Source of the DNA: an uncultured virus (IMG/VR IMGVR_UViG_2061766007_000535)
Taxonomy: Duplodnaviria; Heunggongvirae; Uroviricota; Caudoviricetes
Strand: one strand, 5' to 3'
IMG/VR virus record: IMGVR_UViG_2061766007_000535
Length of the DNA: 56,539 nucleotides
Every line of letters starts with the position of its first letter. Positions within the stretch are counted from its first letter, which is position 1. The notes under the pieces are model-generated. The model searched no databases, was not told the origin of the DNA, and saw only the letters and a program-made list of their open reading frames with translations. Positions 32,396 through 40,492 of the stretch are shown here, in pieces. A program made the position numbers and the translations under genes.

Positions 32396-34462
32396 ACCGA
32401 GGCCACGGTCACCAATGGCGCTTCCCTCGTCAACACGAATGGCTCAATCAAGGCAACGGTCTCCTCGGCCACGGCTTCCCAACTCGGCACAGTGAAGGTG
32501 ACGACCACTGCGTCCAATGGTGTCGCTCTCGCTATTGCAAACGGCGCTGTCAGCGCAACGCAGACGTTCGCGACGAATGCGGAAGCATCTGCCGGAACCA
32601 TTACCACGAAAGGCGTCACGCCCGCAGCCATGAAAAACGCGATGATGTGGACCGCCATCCAGGACAAAGGCACGTCGAATACGGTGACACTGGCTCCGGG
32701 CGGGGTGTTCAAGGTCGCGCCGTCAGGCACTCTCACGCTCAGTGCAGGCACGATCACCTCGACCGGAGCATATGGCGCTGATGCCCGTCTGGAGGTGTAT
32801 CTCGGAAGCCGTCCGGTTTCCGCAGTCGCTCCGCTCATTCTGGCTGATCCGCTGACGTCCAATGCCGGAAACAACTGTGTTGTCAAGTATCGCGGCGGCA
32901 ACGCCTATCTGTACAAAGAAAGTGCGGATGCGGGCTATCCCGTCACCGTTTCGAGCGGAGCCTCTACTGTCTCCGGCACTCTTGCCTACGGTATCGCGAA
33001 CAGCAACGCCTGGATCGTTATTCCTGAGGGAATGTCAGAACCCGGCCACGTCGTTGAGGGCGGCACGATGACGCTGAAAAAGACCACGAACATCATCGGA
33101 GCCGGTTCCGATACGCGCATCTCCGGAACATTCGATACGACCTCCGGCACACTGAACCTCACCAATGTCAATCTGTACAACGTCGTCCAAAAAGGCGCGA
33201 ACAACGTCAACCTCGGCGGTACCTGCTATCTGGAAGGCGGTACCAACCTTGTCACCAGTGCGAGGGGAAGCACAGGAGGCATGGAGGGAGGTGTTGCGGT
33301 AGCCATCGCAAACGGAGCACGGATCATCGGGCTGAAAGGCGAAGGCCGTTCTAAACCGTGGATCAATCTGAACAGTCACTGGATGTCGGTCGGCAGCGAA
33401 ACCACGCTCGATAATGTCGAAATCTACGGCGGTTTCAGCTACGATGACAACCCGATGTTCAGCGGAGCCGTCAATCTGACGAGCGTCTCCGTCTCGGCTT
33501 GTTCCGGCATTCAAAGTGCCGGTATTATGAGACTGGAAGAAGGTCAGGTCGCCAATCTTACGGACTGCGTTTTCGCCTCCTATCATGATGAGTGCCGTGG
33601 AGAACTGTTCGATGTGCAATGTGAAGCTGGCATCAACATGAGCCGTTGCGCGGTGATCAACAATGCCGGTGGTCAGGTCTCAAGCCATGGCGTTATGTAT
33701 CTGATGGGAACCGGGCATTTCGATTCCTGCACGTTCTCCGGCAATGCGATTACGGCGTCTGCCGGGCAGAAAGTGTACGGCGGAGTGGCCTGGATCGGCT
33801 CTTCGCTGAACGAGTTTGCGAACTGCGACTTCACATCAAACACCGGTTCTCATGGCGGCGTGGTTTGTACTGGTCAGGAAGACCAGACTCATCTGCTTGG
33901 CGGAAGCGGTGGAAGCGCACGGTTTGTGGATTGCAGATTCACACATAATGTCGCGGCATCCGGCGGTGTGCTCTATGCCGCCGGGAATCCCGGTAGCCCC
34001 GAACCCAGCCTTCAGTTCAGCAGGTGCGTGTTCTCCGGTAATACGGCCACCCTCGGTGACGTAGCCTGCCTCAACAACGCATCCGTGGAATTCGAGGATT
34101 GCAGAATCAACGGTGCAATCGTGGCCGTCCCCGGTCCCGGCGTAAACGGCGTGGTCACCGATTTCAAGGGGACTCAGATTATCTTTGCCGGTTCCAACAG
34201 TTTCGAGGGCGTGATTTCGCAGGGTGCGGGAGCATCGGCCACCATCTACGTCTCGTCCGGGGCCGTGCTCGATTTCACGAACGTGACGACATCCACAGTC
34301 ATGTCTGCAAACAACATCATTGTCGGTCACGGCAAGCCCGGCGATTATGACCTGAATCCGTGGACAATGGGCGGCTCCGCGACCATCATCACCAGCAATG
34401 CCCGCAAGACGATCTCCGGTTCCGGCACAAAACTCACGAGTTCCGGCACACTGACAACTTGA
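32396..34462 (+). CDS. Fibre/RBP with right-handed beta-helix, Pmp-like FxxN/GG repeats (5' truncated)
   Basis: FSGNAIT...YGG, FTSNTGSHGGVV, FTHNVAASGGVLY, FSGNTAT; Cys ladders (TDCVF, SRCAV, DSCTF). Confidence 0.85.
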   Translation, partial: TEATVTNGASLVNTNGSIKATVSSATASQLGTVKVTTTASNGVALAIANGAVSATQTFATNAEASAGTITTKGVTPAAMKNAMMWTAIQDKGTSNTVTLAPGGVFKVAPSGTLTLSAGTITSTGAYGADARLEVYLGSRPVSAVAPLILADPLTSNAGNNCVVKYRGGNAYLYKESADAGYPVTVSSGASTVSGTLAYGIANSNAWIVIPEGMSEPGHVVEGGTMTLKKTTNIIGAGSDTRISGTFDTTSGTLNLTNVNLYNVVQKGANNVNLGGTCYLEGGTNLVTSARGSTGGMEGGVAVAIANGARIIGLKGEGRSKPWINLNSHWMSVGSETTLDNVEIYGGFSYDDNPMFSGAVNLTSVSVSACSGIQSAGIMRLEEGQVANLTDCVFASYHDECRGELFDVQCEAGINMSRCAVINNAGGQVSSHGVMYLMGTGHFDSCTFSGNAITASAGQKVYGGVAWIGSSLNEFANCDFTSNTGSHGGVVCTGQEDQTHLLGGSGGSARFVDCRFTHNVAASGGVLYAAGNPGSPEPSLQFSRCVFSGNTATLGDVACLNNASVEFEDCRINGAIVAVPGPGVNGVVTDFKGTQIIFAGSNSFEGVISQGAGASATIYVSSGAVLDFTNVTTSTVMSANNIIVGHGKPGDYDLNPWTMGGSATIITSNARKTISGSGTKLTSSGTLTT

Positions 34463-34478
34463 CAGAGGAGGATAATCA

Positions 34479-34886
34479 ATGAAGCTTTACACTTTCAACG
34501 GGCAGACCTTCAAAAGTCTGCCCGATCCGTTTCAAAACATGAGTCCGATGTCGGACGAGCTTTTTGAACAGCATGGCGGCACCATCACGGATGACGGCAC
34601 TCCGACACCCGAACAGGAGTTCGAGGCGGCCTGCGCTCAGTTCCGAACCATCTGCGCCGCCATCGGGCAATTCATCGGGGCAGACAACTTCCACGGCGGT
34701 TTCGGGGAAATGGCATCCTTCGCCAGCTCCGAAGCGTATCAGGCAAACCCAGTTATGGGGAACAGCCTCGCCATCCAGTGGTCGGCCGCAAACGAGCAGG
34801 GCAAATACTTTGGTTCCAAAATCGGGTACGGTCAGCCTCAGTGGTGGTATCGGTGCTGGGAACTGGCCGGAATTGAAATCGACTGA
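34479..34886 (+). CDS. Hypothetical protein, possible fibre assembly chaperone (135 aa)
   Basis: GAGGAGG SD; directly follows the last fibre gene. Confidence 0.65.
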   Translation: MKLYTFNGQTFKSLPDPFQNMSPMSDELFEQHGGTITDDGTPTPEQEFEAACAQFRTICAAIGQFIGADNFHGGFGEMASFASSEAYQANPVMGNSLAIQWSAANEQGKYFGSKIGYGQPQWWYRCWELAGIEID

Positions 34887-34900
34887 AAGGAGGAATAACA

Positions 34901-35109
34901 TTGACTTCCATTGAAACCATCATTGAGCTGTACTACCAGGCTCAGAAGTTCCATCTTGAGAACACGGACATCCTCGAACGGTACTCGTTCGAGGACCTCG
35001 CAAAGATCTACAACGGAATCGGACCCGATTCGTTCCCGGAGTGGCTCCGCAAGGTCATCTCTTCGCTCCATCCCAGCCTCGCTCCCGCAGCCCTCATCCA
35101 CGATGTCGA
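34901..35109 (+). CDS. DUF1353/phospholipase-A2-like HD protein, N-terminal half
   Basis: AGGAGG SD + TTG; NGIGP...PAALIHDV; continues in fragments at 35795-36760. Confidence 0.6.
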
Positions 35110-35205
35110 NNNNNNNNNNGCATCTTCTGATAAGGTTTTCTTGCGGGCACAGTGCGACACTCCCTTGGATTCTTTGGTCTATATATTCTTTGCGAAAAGC
35201 TTGAT

Positions 35206-35234
35206 ACTATAACACGGGAATCGGGATTTGTCAA
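35206..35234 (-). promoter_or_regulatory. Near-consensus sigma70 promoter
   Basis: TTGACA-17-TATAGT, followed by GGGAG SD and GTG (MPARKPYQKM..., lost in gap). Confidence 0.75.
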
Positions 35235-35246
35235 GTTCCGCGAAGG

Positions 35247-35305
35247 AAATAAAACCCACCGCACGTTGAGCGTGTCTGGAAAGCCGGACAGAGGCTTGCG
35301 GTGGT
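35247..35305 (-). terminator. Long hairpin terminator of the late operon
   Basis: CCACCGCA...TGCGGTGG with inner TGTCCGG/CCAGACA stem, followed by GTTTTATTT. Confidence 0.6.
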
Positions 35306-35319
35306 ATTCTGTGGCTTTT

Positions 35320-35685
35320 TTATTTATCGGTCAGTGCTTCGACCACCTTGCCGGGATCGGCTCCGGCTTCCACGAGGTCAACGGCATATCCGTTAATCTG
35401 TCTGCCGATCTTGACACGGAGATTGCCGTCAGTGCCGACCTTGGACTTGCCGTTCTGAGCAGGAACGCCATCAGCATCGGCCTTGCCGGCCATTTCGATC
35501 TCCACATTGTCGCGGGTGATGGCGGTCATGGTCTTGCCGTAGCGAAGAGTGAACGAAGCCGAGAAATGTTCGGGATCGACGCCCATGTCGAAGCCGATGC
35601 CGTCACCGTAGGTCACGACGTTGTGCGAACATGCAGTCAGCAGGAGCAGGACGGGGATTCCGATGGTGAGGAAGATTTCCTTCAT
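35320..35685 (-). CDS. Lipoprotein (121 aa), possible spanin-like
   Basis: Lipobox LLTAC; second allele starts at 36870 (LSGC). Confidence 0.8.
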   Translation of the reverse strand: MKEIFLTIGIPVLLLLTACSHNVVTYGDGIGFDMGVDPEHFSASFTLRYGKTMTAITRDNVEIEMAGKADADGVPAQNGKSKVGTDGNLRVKIGRQINGYAVDLVEAGADPGKVVEALTDK

Positions 35686-35700
35686 TTTCTGGGATTCCTT

Positions 35701-35802
35701 TCAATGGTTGATAGTGAAGAATGCTGCCCCGATGAGCAGGAACAGCACAATCAGCACGAAGCCGAAGATGAACACGACGGCGAGGCTGAGGAGCTCATCC
35801 AT
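35701..35802 (-). CDS. 33-aa single-TM peptide
   Basis: MDELLSLAVVFIFGFVLIVLFLLIGAAFFTINH; conserved in three alleles (also 36756..36857 + and ~36066..36162 -). Confidence 0.7.
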   Translation of the reverse strand: MDELLSLAVVFIFGFVLIVLFLLIGAAFFTINH

Positions 35803-36763
35803 TCGCCTTTGCCTGTTCACGTGCCTTTTCGCAGATCGGACACTCGCAGGGAGAACACCACGCGTTCCACCCGAAGAGCTCGCAGTAGTTTCCGAATCTG
35901 CGAGCCTGGTTCCAGACGATGTAGCGACGCGGATTGAAGAACGAGAAGGAACACTTGGCGACAGCCTTGCCGTTGCGTTTGAAGCGGGCATTGGATTCGG
36001 AGAAGGAATCCCGCGTCTTATCGCTTTCGTGCCACTCGACATCGTGGATGAGGGCNNNNNNNNNNAGTTGAGGGTAAAAATGATTGCGAGAACGAGCAGG
36101 AACAGGACAAGTAGGACGAAGCCGAAGATGAACACAACGGCAATGCTGGCGAGCTCATCCATGCGACTTCGCTTGCTCACGCGCCTTCGTGCAGATCGGG
36201 CATTCGCACGGCGAACACCATGCAGACCACCCGAAGAGTTCGCAGTAGTTCCCGAAGCGTCTCGCCTGATTCCAGACGATATAGCGACGCGGATTGAAGA
36301 ACGAGAAAGAGCACTTTGCGACGGCCTTGCCGTTGCGTTTGAAACGGGCATTGGATTCGGAGAAGGAATCCCGTGTCTTGTCGCTNNNNNNNNNNCGTGC
36401 AGATTGGACATTCGCACGGCGAACACCAGGCAGGCCAGCCGAAGAGTTCACAGTAGTTCCCGAAACGCCGTGCCTGATTCCAGACGATCCAGCGACGCGG
36501 ATTGAGGATGAAGAACGACTGCTTTGCGATGGATTTGCCGTTCCGTTTGAAGCGGTCGTTGGATTCGGAGAACGAATCCCGCGTCTTATCGCTTTCGTGC
36601 CACTCGACATCGTGGATGAGGGCNNNNNNNNNNGTACATTGTCTGGAATCAGGCGAGACGCTTCGGGAACTACTGTGAACTCTTCGGATGGCCCGCATGG
36701 TGTTCTCCGTGCGAATGCCCGATCTGCGAAAAGGCGCGTGAACAGGCGAAGGCGAATGGATGA
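35795..36763. CDS. Four allele fragments of the HD protein C-terminal half
   Basis: ALIHDVEWHESDKTRDSFSESN.RFKRNG...CELFGW.AWCSPCECPIC. Confidence 0.7.
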
Positions 36764-36869
36764 GCTTGCCAGCCTCGCTGTTGTGCTCGTTTTCGGTTTC
36801 GTTCTGCTCGTGCTGTTCCTGCTCATCGGGGCAGCATTCTTCACAATCAACCATTGAAAGGCAAAAACC

Positions 36870-36979
36870 ATGAAAGAAATCTTTCTTGCCCTCGCGATCC
36901 CCGCTCTGCTCATTCTGAGCGGGTGTTCGCATAACGTCGTGACCTACGGTGACGGCATCGGCTTCGATATGGGCGTTGA
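36870..36979 (+). CDS. Lipoprotein allele, N-terminus
   Basis: MKEIFLALAIPALLILSGCSHNVVTYGDG. Confidence 0.75.
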
Positions 36980-37949
36980 NNNNNNNNNNNNNNNNNNNNN
37001 NNNNNNNNNNNNNNNNNNNNNNNNNNNNNNNNNNNNNNNNNNNNNNNNNNNNNNNNNNNNNNNNNNNNNNNNNNNNNNNNNNNNNNNNNNNNNNNNNNNN
37101 NNNNNNNNNNNNNNNNNNNNNNNNNNNNNNNNNNNNNNNNNNNNNNNNNNNNNNNNNNNNNNNNNNNNNNNNNNNNNNNNNNNNNNNNNNNNNNNNNNNN
37201 NNNNNNNNNNNNNNNNNNNNNNNNNNNNNNNNNNNNNNNNNNNNNNNNNNNNNNNNNNNNNNNNNNNNNNNNNNNNNNNNNNNNNNNNNNNNNNNNNNNN
37301 NNNNNNNNNNNNNNNNNNNNNNNNNNNNNNNNNNNNNNNNNNNNNNNNNNNNNNNNNNNNNNNNNNNNNNNNNNNNNNNNNNNNNNNNNNNNNNNNNNNN
37401 NNNNNNNNNNNNNNNNNNNNNNNNNNNNNNNNNNNNNNNNNNNNNNNNNNNNNNNNNNNNNNNNNNNNNNNNNNNNNNNNNNNNNNNNNNNNNNNNNNNN
37501 NNNNNNNNNNNNNNNNNNNNNNNNNNNNNNNNNNNNNNNNNNNNNNCCGAACGCAAGTTGTTCCTCCATATCCGCCGCCCTCTTGTGAGCTGTCATGAGC
37601 ACGGGATTATTCCCGGCAAATTCTTTGCTGAAGGTTACACGGAAAGCGACTGACGTACTGTTTCCCGCCTACGCCTCCGACTGGTTCCCAGCCATGCGCA
37701 ACCTTGGCGGGCATTTTTCCGTCCAGGTCTGATTTCGGTCAGGCCTGGATTTTTTTGTCTTCGCGCTGGAAGACACGACGGCTTTCGTGGCGATCTTTCG
37801 GCTATGTTTCGCGCAACGCATAAGGCGTTGGTTCAGGGGCATCCTGCCAAGGGGCCAACCTCGGACAAATCGGCCTTTCTGGGCATTCTTTGGCATAAAT
37901 CATAATGGACCTGCGCGAGCAAACGCCTCAAAACTTTCTGCGAAGAATT

Positions 37950-38153
37950 ATAGAAAAACCGCTTGACTTTTCTGTAAAAGCATAATCGGAGAATCTTCGA
38001 TCTTTCTTTCGTTTTCGACTTGCTTTTTTGAAAAACGGGTAGTCGAAGAAAAACTGGTTTTTCTTCGGAAACCGACTTGATATTGAGGCAAACAATGCTC
38101 AAGAAGAAAGTTCTATTAAAAACGCTTATTTCTCTGTAAAAGACTGGCTATTA
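37950..38153 (+). promoter_or_regulatory. Allelic array of -35-like boxes
   Basis: cgcTTGACT, cgacTTGCTT, cgacTTGATA, agaCTGGCT. Confidence 0.5.
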
Positions 38154-38163
38154 NNNNNNNNNN

Positions 38164-38569
38164 GGTGCAGTCTTGTTCAAAGTGGGTCCCATGAGGGGAC
38201 GTTTCGGATAGCGGCGACGTCTGTACATCCCGCCAAATTCGTGGGCTGTCATGGACACACCGATAAACTTTTTGGCGGGACCGATGACCACGGACATCCG
38301 GCTTTTGTCCACGCCGAACAGAATCGAGCGTTTCAGCAGGCCGCGTCGGGTGTGCGGAGGCGTTCCCTTTTCCGAGGCGCGTTTCGACTTGTGGACGGCN
38401 NNNNNNNNNACATAGATAGATACCTTTCATTGTTTTTTGACCGCGTTCTCCCACAGCTTCGGGAGCTGANNNNNNNNNNACCCGCACTCCGCAGAGCTTT
38501 GTAATTTGCTTTGTTGACTATCCCCAGAAGCCGCCTCGAATCGAGTTCGAAACGCATTTTTACGGACAT
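38164..38569 (-). CDS. Allele fragments of the tail completion gene and tail tube start
   Basis: Matches 1392..1787. Confidence 0.75.
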
Positions 38570-38615
38570 TTTGGCGTAAATCTTTGATTTTTTACTGAAA
38601 AATAACTTTTTTCGC

Positions 38616-38644
38616 TTGACATGAGCAGGGAGCGAGGTTATATT
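38616..38644 (+). promoter_or_regulatory. Strong sigma70 promoter with AT-rich UP element
   Basis: TTGACA-17-TATATT. Confidence 0.8.
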
Positions 38645-38684
38645 TACATAACCCTTAACCTCAAACCAACAGAGGAGTGTTCAT

Positions 38685-38861
38685 ATGAAACACAGCTTCT
38701 ACGACGTCAAAGCGAAAAAGAAAGTCCAGGCCGAAGTCACGAAAGCCGTCAAGTACGGCAAAGGCACGGCCACCCGTTATGCGTTCAAGGCCCTCACGAA
38801 GGACGGCCGCAATCTGACCGCTTTCGTCAAGAAGGAAGACTGGGACAAGTTCAAAAAATGA
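38685..38861 (+). CDS. 58-aa Lys-rich protein, CC1/Cren7/DUF5679-like putative DNA-binding protein (not in ORF track)
   Basis: GAGGAG SD; MKHSFYDVKAKKKVQAEVTKAVKYGKGTATRYAFKALTKDGRNLTAFVKKEDWDKFKK; own promoter and terminator. Confidence 0.8.
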   Translation: MKHSFYDVKAKKKVQAEVTKAVKYGKGTATRYAFKALTKDGRNLTAFVKKEDWDKFKK

Positions 38862-38893
38862 TCTGATCCCATCAGCCTCTTATGAGTTGCTCG

Positions 38894-38924
38894 ACGCTCT
38901 GGATTCGTCCAGGGCGTTTTTTTT
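38894..38924 (+). terminator. Rho-independent terminator
   Basis: ACGCTCTGGA-TTCG-TCCAGGGCGT followed by a T tract. Confidence 0.85.
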
Positions 38925-39339
38925 ACGGCTCCACCCGCCTGCAGGTATCCCTGAAAACGAGTTCAATGACGCTCGTGAACTGGTGGCGCTCCCTGAGGTC
39001 GTCGGCAGAATAGATCGGATTGAAGCCGACTGCCACACACTTCGCGCCGCAGAATTCCGTGTTCAGGAACCCCATTCCGAGCTTCTCGACGGTCGCCAGA
39101 AGCTCGTCGAGCTCTTCGTCTTTCGCCCTCTTCATAAAGCCGATTTGGAGCTTCACCGTGCGTTCCTTGAGCGCTCTGGTGATGTTCTTGTACGACAGTT
39201 CGATGGGGACGACCACGACTTTCAGCTCTTCGAGCTCACGCAATGTGAACTCCGGGGCCAGTGCAGGCTTCGCATGCCAGTCATCGAGCGACGCGGCAAC
39301 AGCCTCGCTCAATACAAGACAGTCCATAGCGTCGTTCAT
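38923..39339 (-). CDS. Putative tail terminator protein
   Basis: 138 aa; position between head-tail joining and tail completion genes. Confidence 0.6.
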   Translation of the reverse strand: MNDAMDCLVLSEAVAASLDDWHAKPALAPEFTLRELEELKVVVVPIELSYKNITRALKERTVKLQIGFMKRAKDEELDELLATVEKLGMGFLNTEFCGAKCVAVGFNPIYSADDLRERHQFTSVIELVFRDTCRRVEP

Positions 39340-39581
39340 CTCCGCACAAACTCCAATACAATGTTGCCGATGGCGGCGAGCAGCGCAATGAGCGCAGCAC
39401 CAAGCGTGGAAAGCATCGTCTTCTGAAGTTCGGCTGCAGGCTTGCAGGGCGGGAAATGGTGCTGCCCTGAGCCGAAATGCATGTTCAGCATCCCCCTCAG
39501 TTCCGCGATATCCAGCCGAGCCTGGTTCACCTCGTGCCAGAGGTCACGGGTATCCGGCACATTTTCCTTGTTTTCACTCAT
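39336..39581 (-). CDS. Coiled-coil + C-terminal TM protein (XhlA/holin-like)
   Basis: 81 aa; ATGA overlaps on both sides; TM LGAALIALLAAIGNIVL. Confidence 0.55.
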   Translation of the reverse strand: MSENKENVPDTRDLWHEVNQARLDIAELRGMLNMHFGSGQHHFPPCKPAAELQKTMLSTLGAALIALLAAIGNIVLEFVRR

Positions 39582-39928
39582 CTTTTACCGATCTCCTTGG
39601 TGTGGATTCTTCTTACTTCATGGATGGTCCCGCTCCACCGCCAGACGGGTTCGTCCTGCGGAGCCAGCACTTCGTACTCGACGCCGTCGTAGAAAATCTT
39701 GTCTCCCGACTGCGGGTCTTTCGGCAGGACCTCGGACGGAATCAGGAAGTCACGCGAATAGACGTGAATGGTGATTCCGTAGGAGTTTTCGACCTTGAAC
39801 AGCGTCCGACCGAGCGTGGCGTGAACATGAAGCCTTTCTCCGTCCCTGTGAAGATACTCCACAGGGACGGAGAGCCAGGCATCACGTTGGGACGTCAACC
39901 ATTGTTGGCCTTCTTCCAGCAGTCCCAT
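39578..39928 (-). CDS. Head-tail joining protein (gpFII-like)
   Basis: 116 aa from MGLLEEGQQWL; same length as allele 3481..3831. Confidence 0.7.
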   Translation of the reverse strand: MGLLEEGQQWLTSQRDAWLSVPVEYLHRDGERLHVHATLGRTLFKVENSYGITIHVYSRDFLIPSEVLPKDPQSGDKIFYDGVEYEVLAPQDEPVWRWSGTIHEVRRIHTKEIGKR

Positions 39929-39933
39929 TGTGC

Positions 39934-40425
39934 TTAACTGGCCGCGATGATGTTCGCGGAACGAAGGGCGGAGAGGATGGAATTGATCTTTTCCCGGATG
40001 GTGCTCATGGACTCGGCGCACCCGGAGTCGCTCGTGAGAGTTCCGAGGTCGGCGATGGCAGCCCCGGCAGAGCTTCCAGCCCCGCCTGCGGAGCCGCCCG
40101 CAGTACCGGCATTGAGCAGGTAGTAGACGGATTCGGAACTCGCCTGAGCATTGTAGACGGCAACGCCGAGATAGATGTCGGTCTTTTCCTTTGTGGCGAT
40201 GTCATTCGCGGCATCGTAGTAGACGGCCTCGCCGACGTCAATGGCTTCGGCAGCCTTCGGGGATTCGAACACTCCGGTCACGGCAAGAGCGCCGAGTTCA
40301 CCGGCTCTGATGTCGAGGCGGGTAATCCCGACGAATCCGGGGAACGGGACAATCGTTTTTGCCCGGACATCGGTTTCGGGACGGTAGTCGATGGATTCGC
40401 CTTTCTGAATATAGCGAGCAGACAT
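39934..40425 (-). CDS. DUF2190 capsid cement/decoration protein with C-terminal extension
   Basis: YIQKGESIDY...DIRAGELGALAVTGVF..PK...GEAVYYD; Gly linker and KINSILSALR helix. Confidence 0.85.
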   Translation of the reverse strand: MSARYIQKGESIDYRPETDVRAKTIVPFPGFVGITRLDIRAGELGALAVTGVFESPKAAEAIDVGEAVYYDAANDIATKEKTDIYLGVAVYNAQASSESVYYLLNAGTAGGSAGGAGSSAGAAIADLGTLTSDSGCAESMSTIREKINSILSALRSANIIAAS

Positions 40426-40459
40426 GAGTATATCTCCTGTTGATTTTGAGTTGAAGTGA

Positions 40460-40483
40460 GGAGGCGGGGTTCAGCCCGCCTCC
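40460..40483 (-). other. Stem-loop after the capsid gene
   Basis: GGAGGCGGG/CCCGCCTCC 9-bp stem, no U tract. Confidence 0.55.
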
Positions 40484-40492
40484 GGGAAAGGC

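Noticed and set aside
35320..36979. Invertible shufflon suggested by inverted duplicates
   Set aside because: Orientation changes coincide with N gaps and no invertase is present; best explained as collapsed alleles.
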